DNA from: Vicinamibacterales bacterium
Lineage (GTDB): Bacteria > Acidobacteriota > Vicinamibacteria > Vicinamibacterales > 2-12-FULL-66-21
Assembly (NCBI GenBank): GCA_038320555.1
Contig: JBBQEJ010000007.1
Coordinates: 6,896 to 70,895 of the forward strand
Reading direction: 5' to 3'
DNA: 64,000 nucleotides
The position numbers were made by a program, and so were the translations under genes. This document shows, piece after piece, positions 38,721 through 48,249 of the stretch (position 1 is the stretch's first letter; the number at the start of each line of letters is the position of its first letter). The notes under the pieces are model-generated. The model ran no database searches, was not told the origin of the DNA, and saw nothing but the letters and a program-made list of their open reading frames with translations.

Positions 38721-40313
38721 ATGAGAAGAGCGATAGCTGCCGCCATCTTTCTCGCGATCGCGGTGCCCGCGATTGCCGCCGACCGCGTCAAGACCGCCAA
38801 CGGGACCGTTGAAGGCACCACCGGGCAGAGTGGGATTCGGGCCTATCGCGGCATTCCCTTCGCCGCGCCCCCCGTGGGCGATCTGCGATGGCAGGCGCCA
38901 CAGCCGGTCAAGAACTGGGAGGGCGTCCGCAGCGCCACGCAGTTCGGCCCGCGGTGCGTGCAGGCGCCGCTTTTCAGCGACATGAATTTCCGCTCGAACG
39001 GGATGAGCGAGGATTGCCTCTACCTGAACGTCTGGACGCCTGCGAAGCCGGGCAGCGAGCGGCTGCCGGTGCTCGTGTATTTCTTCGGCGGCGGGTTTGT
39101 CGCGGGCGACGGCTCCGAGCCCCGTTACGACGGCGAGAGCATGGCCCGCAAGGGCCTCGTGTCGCTGACGGTTAATTACCGGCTTGGCGTCTTCGGATTC
39201 ATGGCCCATCCCGAACTGACGAAGGAATCACCGCACCATGCGTCTGGGAACTACGCGTTGCTCCATCAGAACGCGGCGCTGCGATGGGTGCAGAACAACA
39301 TCGCCGCCTTCGGGGGCGATCCGAAGAAGGTCACCATTGCGGGTGAATCGGCCGGGTCAATCGCCGTCAGTGCGCAGATGGCCTCGCCGCTCTCGAAGGA
39401 TCTCATCGCCGGAGCGATCGGCGAAAGCGGCGCGCTCATCGCGCCGACGCTTCCGCCTGTGTCGCTCGCGCAAGGGGAAGAGGCGGGGGCTAAATTCGCG
39501 GCCAGCCTCGGCGCGGGCTCGCTGGCTGCGCTGCGGGCGATGCCGACCGCCCAGATCCAGGACGCCGCCGCGAAGTTGCCGTTCGGGCGGTTCGCGTCGA
39601 CCGTTGATGGATACTTCCTGCCGAAATTGCCCGCCGAGATATTTGCCGCGGGCGAGCAGGCACATGTGCCGTTGCTCGTCGGATGGAACACCGAGGAGAA
39701 CGGCGCCCGAGTCATCCTTGCCGCGAGCGATCCGACGCCCGAGAATCTGGCGAAGGCCGTGCGCACGCTCTACGGCGATCGCGCCGACGACGCGGTGAAA
39801 CTCTACGCCGGCACCAACGCGGACGAAGTGCGGCAGGCCGCGACCGATCTCGCGAGCGACAGGTTCATTGCCTACGGCACCTGGAAATGGGCCGATCTTC
39901 ACGGCAAGACCGGCGGGAAGCCTGTCTATCGCTATCTCTACGCGCGTCCACGGCCGGCGGCGATTGCCGCCCCGGCCGCGAGCGCTGGCGGCAACGCCCC
40001 CGTGACTCCCGCCCCCCCGCGCGGCGCCGTTCATTCCGCCGAAATCGAGTACGCGATGGGCAACCTCGCCACCAACAAGGTGTACGCGTGGACGCCGGAC
40101 GACAACAAAGTGTCGGACGTCATGCAGGGCTACTTCGCGAACTTCGTGAAGACCGGGAACCCGAACGGCCCCGGTCTTCCTCAATGGCCCGCCGCCAACG
40201 GCGGCGCGACCACGCAGTTCATGCGTCTCGATGTCGATTCCCGCGCGGAGGCAGAGAAAACGCGCGAGCGGTACTTGTTTCTCGATTCGATCTACAACAA
40301 GCCGCCGAAATGA
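38721..40313 (+). CDS. Carboxylesterase type B
   Basis: GIPFAAPPVGDLRW, SEDCLYLNVWTP, GESAG nucleophile, AVHSAE. Confidence 0.93.
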   Translation: MRRAIAAAIFLAIAVPAIAADRVKTANGTVEGTTGQSGIRAYRGIPFAAPPVGDLRWQAPQPVKNWEGVRSATQFGPRCVQAPLFSDMNFRSNGMSEDCLYLNVWTPAKPGSERLPVLVYFFGGGFVAGDGSEPRYDGESMARKGLVSLTVNYRLGVFGFMAHPELTKESPHHASGNYALLHQNAALRWVQNNIAAFGGDPKKVTIAGESAGSIAVSAQMASPLSKDLIAGAIGESGALIAPTLPPVSLAQGEEAGAKFAASLGAGSLAALRAMPTAQIQDAAAKLPFGRFASTVDGYFLPKLPAEIFAAGEQAHVPLLVGWNTEENGARVILAASDPTPENLAKAVRTLYGDRADDAVKLYAGTNADEVRQAATDLASDRFIAYGTWKWADLHGKTGGKPVYRYLYARPRPAAIAAPAASAGGNAPVTPAPPRGAVHSAEIEYAMGNLATNKVYAWTPDDNKVSDVMQGYFANFVKTGNPNGPGLPQWPAANGGATTQFMRLDVDSRAEAEKTRERYLFLDSIYNKPPK

Positions 40314-40340
40314 TTTGACGCCGCCGCGCGATCAAAAAAC

Positions 40341-40772
40341 TCACTGGCTCTGTTGCTGGATCTTGGCGATGAGAGCGATGAGTTGACGCCCTTCTTCGTC
40401 TGTCAACGTGGCGAAGATTTCCTGCTCTGAGTCTTGCTGAATCCGGATCCCCTGGTCGTACGCCTTTCGGCCCGCCGGCGTCATCACAGCCAGGCGCGAT
40501 CGCCGATCGTTCGGGTCCGGTTCACGCGTCACGAAACCATCAGCTTCCAGACGATCGATGAGCTGCGTGATATTCGATTTCACACAGGCGAGCCGTTCCG
40601 CCAGCTGGCCAAGCGGCAATGACTCGCCGGCAACCGTTAACTGGTGCAGCGCCGCCAATTTCGGCAATGAGAGCCCAAGCACCGCGAGTCTCGTCTCTAC
40701 GTGCGCTTGCGCCGCCTCGGCGGCGTGGAGCAAGGAGAATAGGCCCGGACGGGAGTCTACCGCATCGTTCAC
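40341..40772 (-). CDS. MarR-family transcriptional regulator
   Basis: LAERLACVKSNITQLIDRLEADGFVTREPDPNDRRS; GTG start at 40772 inferred. Confidence 0.9.
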   Translation of the reverse strand: MNDAVDSRPGLFSLLHAAEAAQAHVETRLAVLGLSLPKLAALHQLTVAGESLPLGQLAERLACVKSNITQLIDRLEADGFVTREPDPNDRRSRLAVMTPAGRKAYDQGIRIQQDSEQEIFATLTDEEGRQLIALIAKIQQQSQ

Positions 40773-40773
40773 A

Positions 40774-40788
40774 TATGTATTATACATA
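40774..40788 (-). promoter_or_regulatory. Putative MarR operator overlapping the -10 box
   Basis: Perfect TATGTAT-T-ATACATA inverted repeat containing TATAAT on the minus strand, 6 nt before the GTG. Confidence 0.65.
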
Positions 40789-40842
40789 CCTTGTGGGGTT
40801 ATGGAAAGCGTCTCCAAGGTCCCCCTGCGATAAGATTTCGGC

Positions 40843-41208
40843 ATGACCTCATTTGTCCGATTGCTGACCATCATCGGCCTGGCCGCGGTAGTTTCGGCCG
40901 AGCCCGCGAAAGTGGCGGGGAAGTGGAATGTGACCCTGCAACTCGAATCGATCACCGGACATCCCGTCATCACGCTCAAGCAGGACGGCGAGAAACTGAC
41001 CGGCACCTACGAAGGACGCTACGGCGTATCGGACCTCAAAGGGTCCATCAAGGACAACGTGATCGAGTTCACGGTGGTTGTCCTTGCGGAAGGGACACGA
41101 ACCGAGGGCGTCTTCGGCGGAAAGGCGGACGGCGACTCGATGGGGGGGACAGTGGAGTTCGAGGGTGCCGGCGAGGGCACGTGGTCCGCGGTCCGGGTGA
41201 AGGAGTAG
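40843..41208 (+). CDS. Small secreted beta-rich hypothetical protein
   Basis: Signal peptide; VAGKWNVT..LKQDGEKLTGTY..GTWSAVR. Confidence 0.8.
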   Translation: MTSFVRLLTIIGLAAVVSAEPAKVAGKWNVTLQLESITGHPVITLKQDGEKLTGTYEGRYGVSDLKGSIKDNVIEFTVVVLAEGTRTEGVFGGKADGDSMGGTVEFEGAGEGTWSAVRVKE

Positions 41209-41209
41209 G

Positions 41210-41747
41210 ATGGGCGGGCGGACAGCGAAAAGGGTCGGGATTGCACCCGTCGCCCTGGCGCTCGCGTATGTGCTGGCGACGCCGCATGTGGCTGCCGCGT
41301 ACTCCGTCCTCGCGCACGAGGCGATTATCGACGCCGCGTGGGACGCCTCCATCGTCCCGGCGCTGCGCGCGCGTTTTCATCCGTCAGCTGCCGACCTCAA
41401 GCGCGCTCGTGCATTGGCGTTACGGCGGCAGCCTGATCCAGGACATCGGGTACTACCCCTTCTCCAGCCGGTTGTTCGGCAACCTCACCCACTACGTTCG
41501 CAGTGATGATTTCATCGAGGCACTCCTCCGGGAATCGACCGACGTGACTGAATGCGCCTTCGCTCTCGGCGCGCTCGCGCATTACGCGGCCGACAACGAT
41601 GGCCACCCGCTCGCGGCCAACCGCGCCGTGCCGGCGCTGTACCCGAAGCTCCGCGCAAGGTTCGGCAACGCCGTGTCCTTCGACTCGGCGCATCGACGGT
41701 CGCTCGCTCAGGCGGGCTCCTTCGGCTCGCGTAGCAGCTTTCGGTGA
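41210..41747 (+). pseudogene. Zinc-dependent phospholipase C family pseudogene
   Basis: AYSVLAHEAIIDAAW in one frame; after an extra T near 41420, YGGSLIQDIGYYPF..LTHYVRS..LAHYAADNDGH in the next; ends early in REP-like sequence. Confidence 0.8.
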
Positions 41748-41863
41748 CCGCATACAATTTTGGCGAGCGGTCACAGAAACGTAATTGGCGGGGCCTTAGG
41801 GCCCGCAAAAGACTCGAAGAAGCTTCCCGCCGCCGCGGCACGTCGATTGCGCCACGCGCGTGA

Positions 41864-42973
41864 ATGCGCTTCCTGGACCCCCGTGCGGCGGCTCTTGCGA
41901 TCGCACTGGCGGTGCTGCCCGCGCACGTTGCTGTGGCGCGGGGGCAGGAGCCCGCGCTGCCGGCGCCGGAGGCGTGGGCCGCGCTCGATCGTGGCGACGC
42001 GGAGAAGGCTGCCTCGATCTTCCGCGAGGAGCTGGAGAGGAGTCCCGGAAACGCGGTCCTCTATTACGGCGCCGGCTATGCCGCGTTCTCGCTGGGCCGG
42101 ACCGATGCGGCGATCTCGTCACTGAAACACGCCATCGAATGCAATCCACGGTTCGTGGTGGCGATGGTGCTGCTGTCGCAGGTCGCCTATCAGGCCGCAG
42201 ATCTCGATCTCGCGGTGCGGACGCTCGAGAAGGCGGCGGGGATCGCGCCGCGCGACCGGCGCATCGCGCAGCAGCTCGAGCAGTGGCGGAGCGAGGCGGC
42301 GCTTCACGACAGCTTCAAGGAACGCTCGACGGTCCGCTTCCGCGTCCTCTTCGAGGGAGCTGCTGAAAAGGCGATCGGCGATCACGTGGCGGCCGTGCTC
42401 GAATCCGCCTACTGGCGGATCGGGAAGACGCTGAATACGTACCCCTCCGAAACCCTGACCGTCATCCTGTATACGAACCGCCAGTTCCAGGACATCACCC
42501 GCGCGCCGGCCTGGGCCGGCGGTGGATACGACGGACGGATCCGTCTTCCGGTAGGAGGCGCACTGCGATCGCCGAAAACGCTCGAACGGGTCGTGACGCA
42601 CGAGTTCGTTCACGCCGTCATCCACAGCGCGGCACCTAGCGGCGCACCGACTTGGATCAACGAGGGCCTCGCGAGCTACATGGAATCGCCTGACCGCGCG
42701 TGGGTAGCACAGGTGCTCCGCAAGGCCGAGGGTCGCATCGCGCTCGAAGACCTGGCCGACGGATTCGATCGGTTCGACGGCGGGACGGCGCTCGTCGCGT
42801 ATGCCGAGAGTCTCATTGCCGGGCAACTCCTGTGCGAGCGCCTCGGCGGCAATCTCGGCCCCTTCCTGCAGATGCTTGGTAACGGACACACCGTCGACCA
42901 GGCGCTCAGCAGTCATAACGTGCAGCCTGAGGCGTTTTACGCCGAGTGGCAGCGCCGGATTAACGGACAGTAA
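41864..42973 (+). CDS. TPR-repeat + peptidase MA-like metallopeptidase
   Basis: Signal peptide, TPR-like helices, YDGRIRLP, HEFVH..WINEGLA gluzincin motif. Confidence 0.85.
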   Translation: MRFLDPRAAALAIALAVLPAHVAVARGQEPALPAPEAWAALDRGDAEKAASIFREELERSPGNAVLYYGAGYAAFSLGRTDAAISSLKHAIECNPRFVVAMVLLSQVAYQAADLDLAVRTLEKAAGIAPRDRRIAQQLEQWRSEAALHDSFKERSTVRFRVLFEGAAEKAIGDHVAAVLESAYWRIGKTLNTYPSETLTVILYTNRQFQDITRAPAWAGGGYDGRIRLPVGGALRSPKTLERVVTHEFVHAVIHSAAPSGAPTWINEGLASYMESPDRAWVAQVLRKAEGRIALEDLADGFDRFDGGTALVAYAESLIAGQLLCERLGGNLGPFLQMLGNGHTVDQALSSHNVQPEAFYAEWQRRINGQ

Positions 42974-42987
42974 ACGCGAGGCGCAAG

Positions 42988-43560
42988 ATGAGTCATACCG
43001 CCACGACCGCAGATGAGAAGGCGCAGGACTATTACGAGGTGCTGCAGGTCAGCGCCAGCGCCGAGCTCGAGACGATTCATCGCGTGTATCGTCTGCTCGC
43101 ACAGCGGTTCCATCCCGATAACCACGAAACGGGCAATCCGGCTCGTTTCCGTTTGATCAGCGAGGCGTACGGGGTGCTCAGCAATCCGGAGGACCGCGCG
43201 CGCTACGACGTCATCCACGAGCAGCAGAAGCAGGAACGTTGGCGGCTGGTCTCAACGGGCGGGGATGCCGACAACGACTTCGAGATGGAGCAGCGAGTGC
43301 GGCTGACCGTCCTCGAGGTGCTGTATACGAAGCGGCGGATGGAACCGCGCGAACCTGCCGTCTACACCCTCGATCTCGAGGGGATGATCGGCCGTCCGCG
43401 GGAGCACCTCGAGTTCACGATCTGGTATCTGGGTCAGAAAAAGTTCGTGAGCCGCGACGACAACTCCCGGCTGATTATCACCGCGGACGGAGTCGAATAC
43501 CTGGAAGCCAACTATCAGGCGAATACCCGTCTTCGACTCCAGTCGGCGTCTCAGGTCTAG
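42988..43560 (+). CDS. J-domain (DnaJ class C) protein
   Basis: DYYEVLQV, FHPDN, EAYGVLSNPEDRARYD; C-terminal domain not recognised. Confidence 0.88.
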   Translation: MSHTATTADEKAQDYYEVLQVSASAELETIHRVYRLLAQRFHPDNHETGNPARFRLISEAYGVLSNPEDRARYDVIHEQQKQERWRLVSTGGDADNDFEMEQRVRLTVLEVLYTKRRMEPREPAVYTLDLEGMIGRPREHLEFTIWYLGQKKFVSRDDNSRLIITADGVEYLEANYQANTRLRLQSASQV

Positions 43561-43801
43561 ACCGGGGGACGTTCTTCTTGCTGGAGCAGGCGCGCACGTC
43601 GCCCGCTGGCCGCCGCTCCGCACGGGCCACCCCACCGCGCAGGCGCGCGCGGCGGGGACCCCGGCGCCGGGAAATCGCTCGCACCTCGCGGCGAAAGGGA
43701 GCAAGACCCCACCCGGCCAGCGGGCCGACCGTTTTTGGGACGATGCGGCGGGAGGGTGGCGACGCCCGACACTTGGGGCCGGGCGTCGCGAGGGCGGTGG
43801 G

Positions 43802-45106
43802 TTACACGTGCTTCGGCACGACAAACGGCGCGCGGTAGTCGCGCGTCAGCATCTTGTTGGCTTCCGGATCGTTCACAACCGTCATCGTCTTCGCATCCCA
43901 GTTCAGCGTGCGGCCAAGCCGGTAGCTGATGTTGGCCAGGTGCATCAGGTTGCACGAGAGCGCGCCTTCCTCGATCTCCGCGGTCAGATCCTGACGCTTG
44001 CGGCTGCGGACCGCGCCGATGAAGTTCGCCCAGTGCTCGTCGCGCTTGGTTGCGGTTGGTCCAGGCGTCTGTTCCTTCCCCAGGAACGAGTAGTACTTGT
44101 TGTAGTTGTCGATCACCAGGTAGCCCTTGGAACCGTAGAACTGGTTCCCGATCGTGTTGCCGGGCTTTTCGCCGTTGATGCCCGCCTCGTGCGGGGAGAT
44201 CCAATGGCGCACCTCGAAGGTCATCATCTTCTTCTTGCCGTCCACATCAAACTCGTACGAGGCGCTGATAGTGTTCGGCGTCTCCTGATCGTCGTCGAAC
44301 ATGAACTTCCCGCCGATTGCGCTGACCTTGGTAGGGTGCGTGACGCCGAGCCCCCAGCGCGCGATATCGACTTCGTGAATCCCCTGATTGCCGAGGTCGC
44401 CGTTACCGGTATCCCAGAACCAATGCCAGTTGTAGTGGAAGCGGTTCGTCGTGAAGTCGCGCTTGGGAGCGGGTCCGGTCCATAGATCGTAGTCGACGCC
44501 GGCCGGCACGGCGGAGACCGGCGTCTTGCCGATCGTGTCGCGCCACTTGTAGCACAGGCCGCGCGCCATATAGATTTCGCCGAACTCGCCGTCCTTCATC
44601 TTCTGAACCGCCTCCTGAAGCGCGGGTGAGGACCGGCTCTGGCTGCCCTGCTGGACGATGCGGTCGTACTTGCGGGCAGCGGCGACGATCTGCTGCGACT
44701 CGAACACGTTGTGCGAGCACGGTTTCTCGACGTACACGTCCTTGCCCGCCTGAACCGCCCAGATCGTCTGCAGCGTGTGCCAGTGGTTGGGCGACGCAAT
44801 CGAGATCGCATCGATGTCCTTGTCCTCCAGCATCTTGCGCACGTCGACATAAGTCGCCGGTTTCTTCGCGCTCCTGGTCGCGAGGCCCTTCAGCTTGTCA
44901 GCGATATGCGACTCGTCAACATCGCACAGCGCCGCGATCTCGACGTTCGGCATGCTCGACCAGGCACTGACGTGGCTGGAGCCGCGGCCGCCGCACCCGA
45001 CCACTCCGACGCGCACCGTGTCGTTGGGGCTTGCCAGTCCGTGGACGGCAGCGCCGGCGGTGACTACGGCGGTGCTCATGATGAAATGTCTTCGGTTCAT
45101 CGTCAT
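43802..45106 (-). CDS. Gfo/Idh/MocA oxidoreductase (Tat)
   Basis: NRRHF, VGCGGRG, PNHWH, VYVEKP, NQGIHEVD. Confidence 0.92.
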   Translation of the reverse strand: MTMNRRHFIMSTAVVTAGAAVHGLASPNDTVRVGVVGCGGRGSSHVSAWSSMPNVEIAALCDVDESHIADKLKGLATRSAKKPATYVDVRKMLEDKDIDAISIASPNHWHTLQTIWAVQAGKDVYVEKPCSHNVFESQQIVAAARKYDRIVQQGSQSRSSPALQEAVQKMKDGEFGEIYMARGLCYKWRDTIGKTPVSAVPAGVDYDLWTGPAPKRDFTTNRFHYNWHWFWDTGNGDLGNQGIHEVDIARWGLGVTHPTKVSAIGGKFMFDDDQETPNTISASYEFDVDGKKKMMTFEVRHWISPHEAGINGEKPGNTIGNQFYGSKGYLVIDNYNKYYSFLGKEQTPGPTATKRDEHWANFIGAVRSRKRQDLTAEIEEGALSCNLMHLANISYRLGRTLNWDAKTMTVVNDPEANKMLTRDYRAPFVVPKHV

Positions 45107-45291
45107 AGTTGCTCCTGCTGTCGTTCTGACCGACGGATTGCCGGACGACGGTGCTGTGCGATTGATGTGCGATTCGGAACAGAGCTCACCAGTGTGCACT
45201 GGGTCTCCATGATCACGGCCGGCCGGGAGAATATCATGCCGGCTAGAGTTTGCGCGCATGGGCTACCTATGGGTGGGGTATGATCCGGTAA

Positions 45292-45461
45292 TTTCCAGTT
45301 TCCAGTAACCAGTTTCCAGTAGCCAGTTTTCACTAACCAGTTTTCACTAACCAGTTTTCACTAACCAGTCTCAGTAACCAGCCCTTGCCACAGTCGCCCG
45401 TTCTCGAGGTCAACATACTGGAAACTGGAAACTGGAGACTGGATACTGGGGACTGGCGACT
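45292..45461. repeat. Heptamer-based inverted arrays in a divergent promoter region
   Basis: Left arm tttccag/taaccag units including ccagttttcactaa x3; right arm ctggaaa ctggaaa ctggaga ctggata ctgggga ctggcga. Confidence 0.9.
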
Positions 45462-45478
45462 TCCATTCGAGGTTTTTC

Positions 45479-46588
45479 ATGCGCGTTTGGCTTTGCGTGC
45501 TGGCAATCGCCGGCCTTCTCGGCGCGCTCGTTCCCGCGCAGGCGCAGGAACCGGCGCAGCCGCCGCTCCGGCTCGCAATCGCGGGCCTCGTGCACGGACA
45601 CGTCAGCGGCTTTCTTCGCGGTGCGCAGGGACGTCGCGATGTCGAGATCGTCGGCATCTTCGATCCTGATGCGGCGCTGCTCCGCCAGTACGGCGAACGC
45701 TACAAGGTTCCAGAGACGGCGCAGTTCACGGATCTTGTCGCGATGCTCGACCGCACGAAGCCCGAAGCTGTCGCGTCATTCACCAACACCTACGATCATC
45801 CCGCCGTCGTCGAGGCCGCGGCCGCGCGCCACATCCACGTGATGATGGAAAAGCCGCTTGCAGTCAGCAAGGCCGACGGGCAGCGGATCAAACGCGCCGC
45901 CGACCGCGGCGGTGTCGAGGTGTTTGTCAACTACGAGACGACGTGGTATCCGAGCCACGGGGCGATCTGGGCGCTGATGAAGGAGAAGAAGGCGGCGGGG
46001 GAGATCCGAAAGATGGCCGCAATGGATGGCCACCAGGGTCCGAAAGCCATCAATGTCCAGCCGGAGTTTTTTGCGTGGCTCTCCGATCCCGTCAAGAACG
46101 GCGGGGGCGCGCTCTACGACTTCGGTTGCTACGGCGCGAACCTGATGACGTGGCTGATGGACAATCAGCGTCCGCTTGCGGTGACCGCCATCACGCAGCA
46201 TTTCCAGCCCGCTGTCTATCCGCGGGTGGACGATGAAGCGACGATAGTGGTGGAGTACCCCAAGGCGCAGGGGATCATTCAGGCGTCGTGGAACTGGCCG
46301 GCGAATCGCAAGGACCTGGAAGTGTACGGGGAACGAGGATTTACAATCGCAGCCGGCGGCAACAGCCTGCGCGTCGCGCTGCCGAACGAACCGGATCACG
46401 TCGTGACGCCCGATGCGCGCGCGCCGGACGAACACGATTCGATTGCGCACCTGCTCGCAGTGGCTCGTGGCACACGCAAACCGAACGCGCTGTCGTCGCT
46501 CGAGAACAACCTGATCGTGACGGAAATACTCGAGGCCGCGCGGGAATCATCGCGCACGCACCAGCGCGTTCCGCTGGCCCCTCGATAG
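45479..46588 (+). CDS. Gfo/Idh/MocA oxidoreductase (Sec-type signal)
   Basis: AGLVHGH, VMMEKPLA, GGALYDFGCYG. Confidence 0.9.
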   Translation: MRVWLCVLAIAGLLGALVPAQAQEPAQPPLRLAIAGLVHGHVSGFLRGAQGRRDVEIVGIFDPDAALLRQYGERYKVPETAQFTDLVAMLDRTKPEAVASFTNTYDHPAVVEAAAARHIHVMMEKPLAVSKADGQRIKRAADRGGVEVFVNYETTWYPSHGAIWALMKEKKAAGEIRKMAAMDGHQGPKAINVQPEFFAWLSDPVKNGGGALYDFGCYGANLMTWLMDNQRPLAVTAITQHFQPAVYPRVDDEATIVVEYPKAQGIIQASWNWPANRKDLEVYGERGFTIAAGGNSLRVALPNEPDHVVTPDARAPDEHDSIAHLLAVARGTRKPNALSSLENNLIVTEILEAARESSRTHQRVPLAPR

Positions 46589-46596
46589 GTAGGTAT

Positions 46597-46752
46597 CTAG
46601 CGGGCGAACAGGACGGTGAGGACTGCGAGATAGCTCGCGGCGAAGTAGCTGCCGACGATCAGCGCCCGACCCGAGCCGGACAAACGACGCCACGCCGCCG
46701 ACGGGTGCACGCAACAGGCGAGTGTTCGACCGATGACGATATCAGGGGTCAT
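46597..46752 (-). CDS. Small membrane protein (51 aa), tentative
   Basis: MTPDIVIGRTLACCVHPSAAWRRLSGSGRALIVGSYFAASYLAVLTVLFAR with C-terminal TM; start uncertain. Confidence 0.45.
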   Translation of the reverse strand: MTPDIVIGRTLACCVHPSAAWRRLSGSGRALIVGSYFAASYLAVLTVLFAR

Positions 46753-47140
46753 GCGGGCGAAAGAGCAAAACCAATTCCACCAGGCTCCCGCATCGATTCT
46801 CGAAAGAAACCGCGCGCACCCGCCCGCAGGAGTCCTTGATTCCACGAACTTAGTCGCGTTCGCGACAGACTTCCAATTTCCACAGTGAGGTCCTGACGCC
46901 TCGCGTATTCAGGCAGCCCTTCAGGAGCCGCAGACTCGTTCCGATACAGTAACTGCAGGTTGCCGGGAGGGCAGTCTCATTACGGCACGTCGGCTGCAGA
47001 CTCAACGGAAGCCGACAAAACATAAGGAATTTTGACGAAATCGGCCGCAGGCAGTACCACTTTTGTAAGCGAGTGTCTCATTTGGGGACTGGATTTCGCG
47101 GATCTCCGCGAGCCGGCGTGTTAACCCTCCAGGAGGCCGT

Positions 47141-47596
47141 ATGACCCGTCTTTTTCGATGTTCGGTCTCGGTCCTCGCGCTGATGCTCGTGTCCGCCGTG
47201 CCGGCGCGGGCGCAACAGTCGTCTGCCGCTGGACGGGTCAAGACCGTGTCTGGCTCGGCTTTCATCGTCCGCGGCGGCGCGGTGATCCCGGCGCAGCCTG
47301 GTCAGGTGGTCTTTCAGGCTGACGCACTTCGGACGGGCGCCGATGGAACCATTGGGGTGACGTTGAAGGACGACACGCGCCTTGCGCTCGGGCCTGGGAG
47401 CGAAGTGCGTCTCGAGCGCTTCGCGTATGCGCCCGGTACCGCGGGTCTCGGCATGGTGCTCAAGTTTGTCCGCGGCGTGACGGCCTATGTGTCCGGACGG
47501 ATGGCCAAGCTCGCGCCCGATTCCATCCGTCTCGAAACACCGTCTGCGATCGTCGGTGTCCGGGGCACGAACCTGGTGATTCGCGTCCAGCCGTGA
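47141..47596 (+). CDS. Secreted FecR-domain protein
   Basis: AGGAGG RBS, signal peptide, DALRTGADG..LKDDTRLALGPGS..TPSAIVGVRGT. Confidence 0.87.
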   Translation: MTRLFRCSVSVLALMLVSAVPARAQQSSAAGRVKTVSGSAFIVRGGAVIPAQPGQVVFQADALRTGADGTIGVTLKDDTRLALGPGSEVRLERFAYAPGTAGLGMVLKFVRGVTAYVSGRMAKLAPDSIRLETPSAIVGVRGTNLVIRVQP

Positions 47597-48237
47597 CCAC
47601 GCGCACTGCAGCAGTCGCTATCCTTCTGGCGTGCACCGGAGCGCTGGGGGTGGCGTGCGGCCCGAAACGCGTTGCCTCGTCGCCCGGCCGAACGACGACG
47701 GAAACGCTGGTCGTCCTGCTGCAGGACCCTGACACGCGTGCCACCGGGCGCGCCAGCCTGTTCAATCCCTCCGGATCCGCCGACCTCGAGACCGCACGCG
47801 ATTCGGCGATTGCGACGCCGGCCCACCGGCCGGGGCCGGTCACGAAAATGAGCGAACAGGAAGTGCAGCGGGTGTTTGGCGCCGTACTCGCCGCGCTGCC
47901 GCCCGCACCCGTGCACTTCACCCTGTACTTCCGATTCGAGTCCAACGAGCTGACCGAAGAGTCGCGGGCGCTCGTGCCCGAGATTCTGAGGATCGTGAAA
48001 CAGCGCGCGGTACCCGAGGTCTCGGTCATCGGGCACACGGACACCATGGGCGCGCCCCGCGCGAACATCGACCTCGGAATGAATCGGGCGACCACCGTTC
48101 GCAATCTGCTCGTGAGCGCCGGCCTCGACGCGTCCACTGTCGACGTGACGTCGCATGGTGAGAGCAATCTGCTGATTCACACGCCCGATGAGACTCCGGA
48201 GCCCCGCAACCGCCGTGTCGAGATCTCGGTGCGGTAG
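47593..48237 (+). CDS. OmpA-family peptidoglycan-binding lipoprotein
   Basis: Lipobox-like LGVAC; GHTDTMG..N..LGMNRA..HGE..RNRRVEI. Confidence 0.9.
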   Translation: MTTRTAAVAILLACTGALGVACGPKRVASSPGRTTTETLVVLLQDPDTRATGRASLFNPSGSADLETARDSAIATPAHRPGPVTKMSEQEVQRVFGAVLAALPPAPVHFTLYFRFESNELTEESRALVPEILRIVKQRAVPEVSVIGHTDTMGAPRANIDLGMNRATTVRNLLVSAGLDASTVDVTSHGESNLLIHTPDETPEPRNRRVEISVR

Positions 48238-48249
48238 CCGGCGAACCGG

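Noticed and set aside
39250..39275. Carboxylesterase LLHQ in place of the usual LLDQ as an inactivating change
   Set aside because: Not a catalytic residue; the GESAG serine and the His motif are intact.
46850..47140. c-di-GMP riboswitch ahead of the FecR-OmpA-HD-GYP operon
   Set aside because: No GGCAAA..GAAA..GACGCAAAG GEMM pattern visible on either strand.
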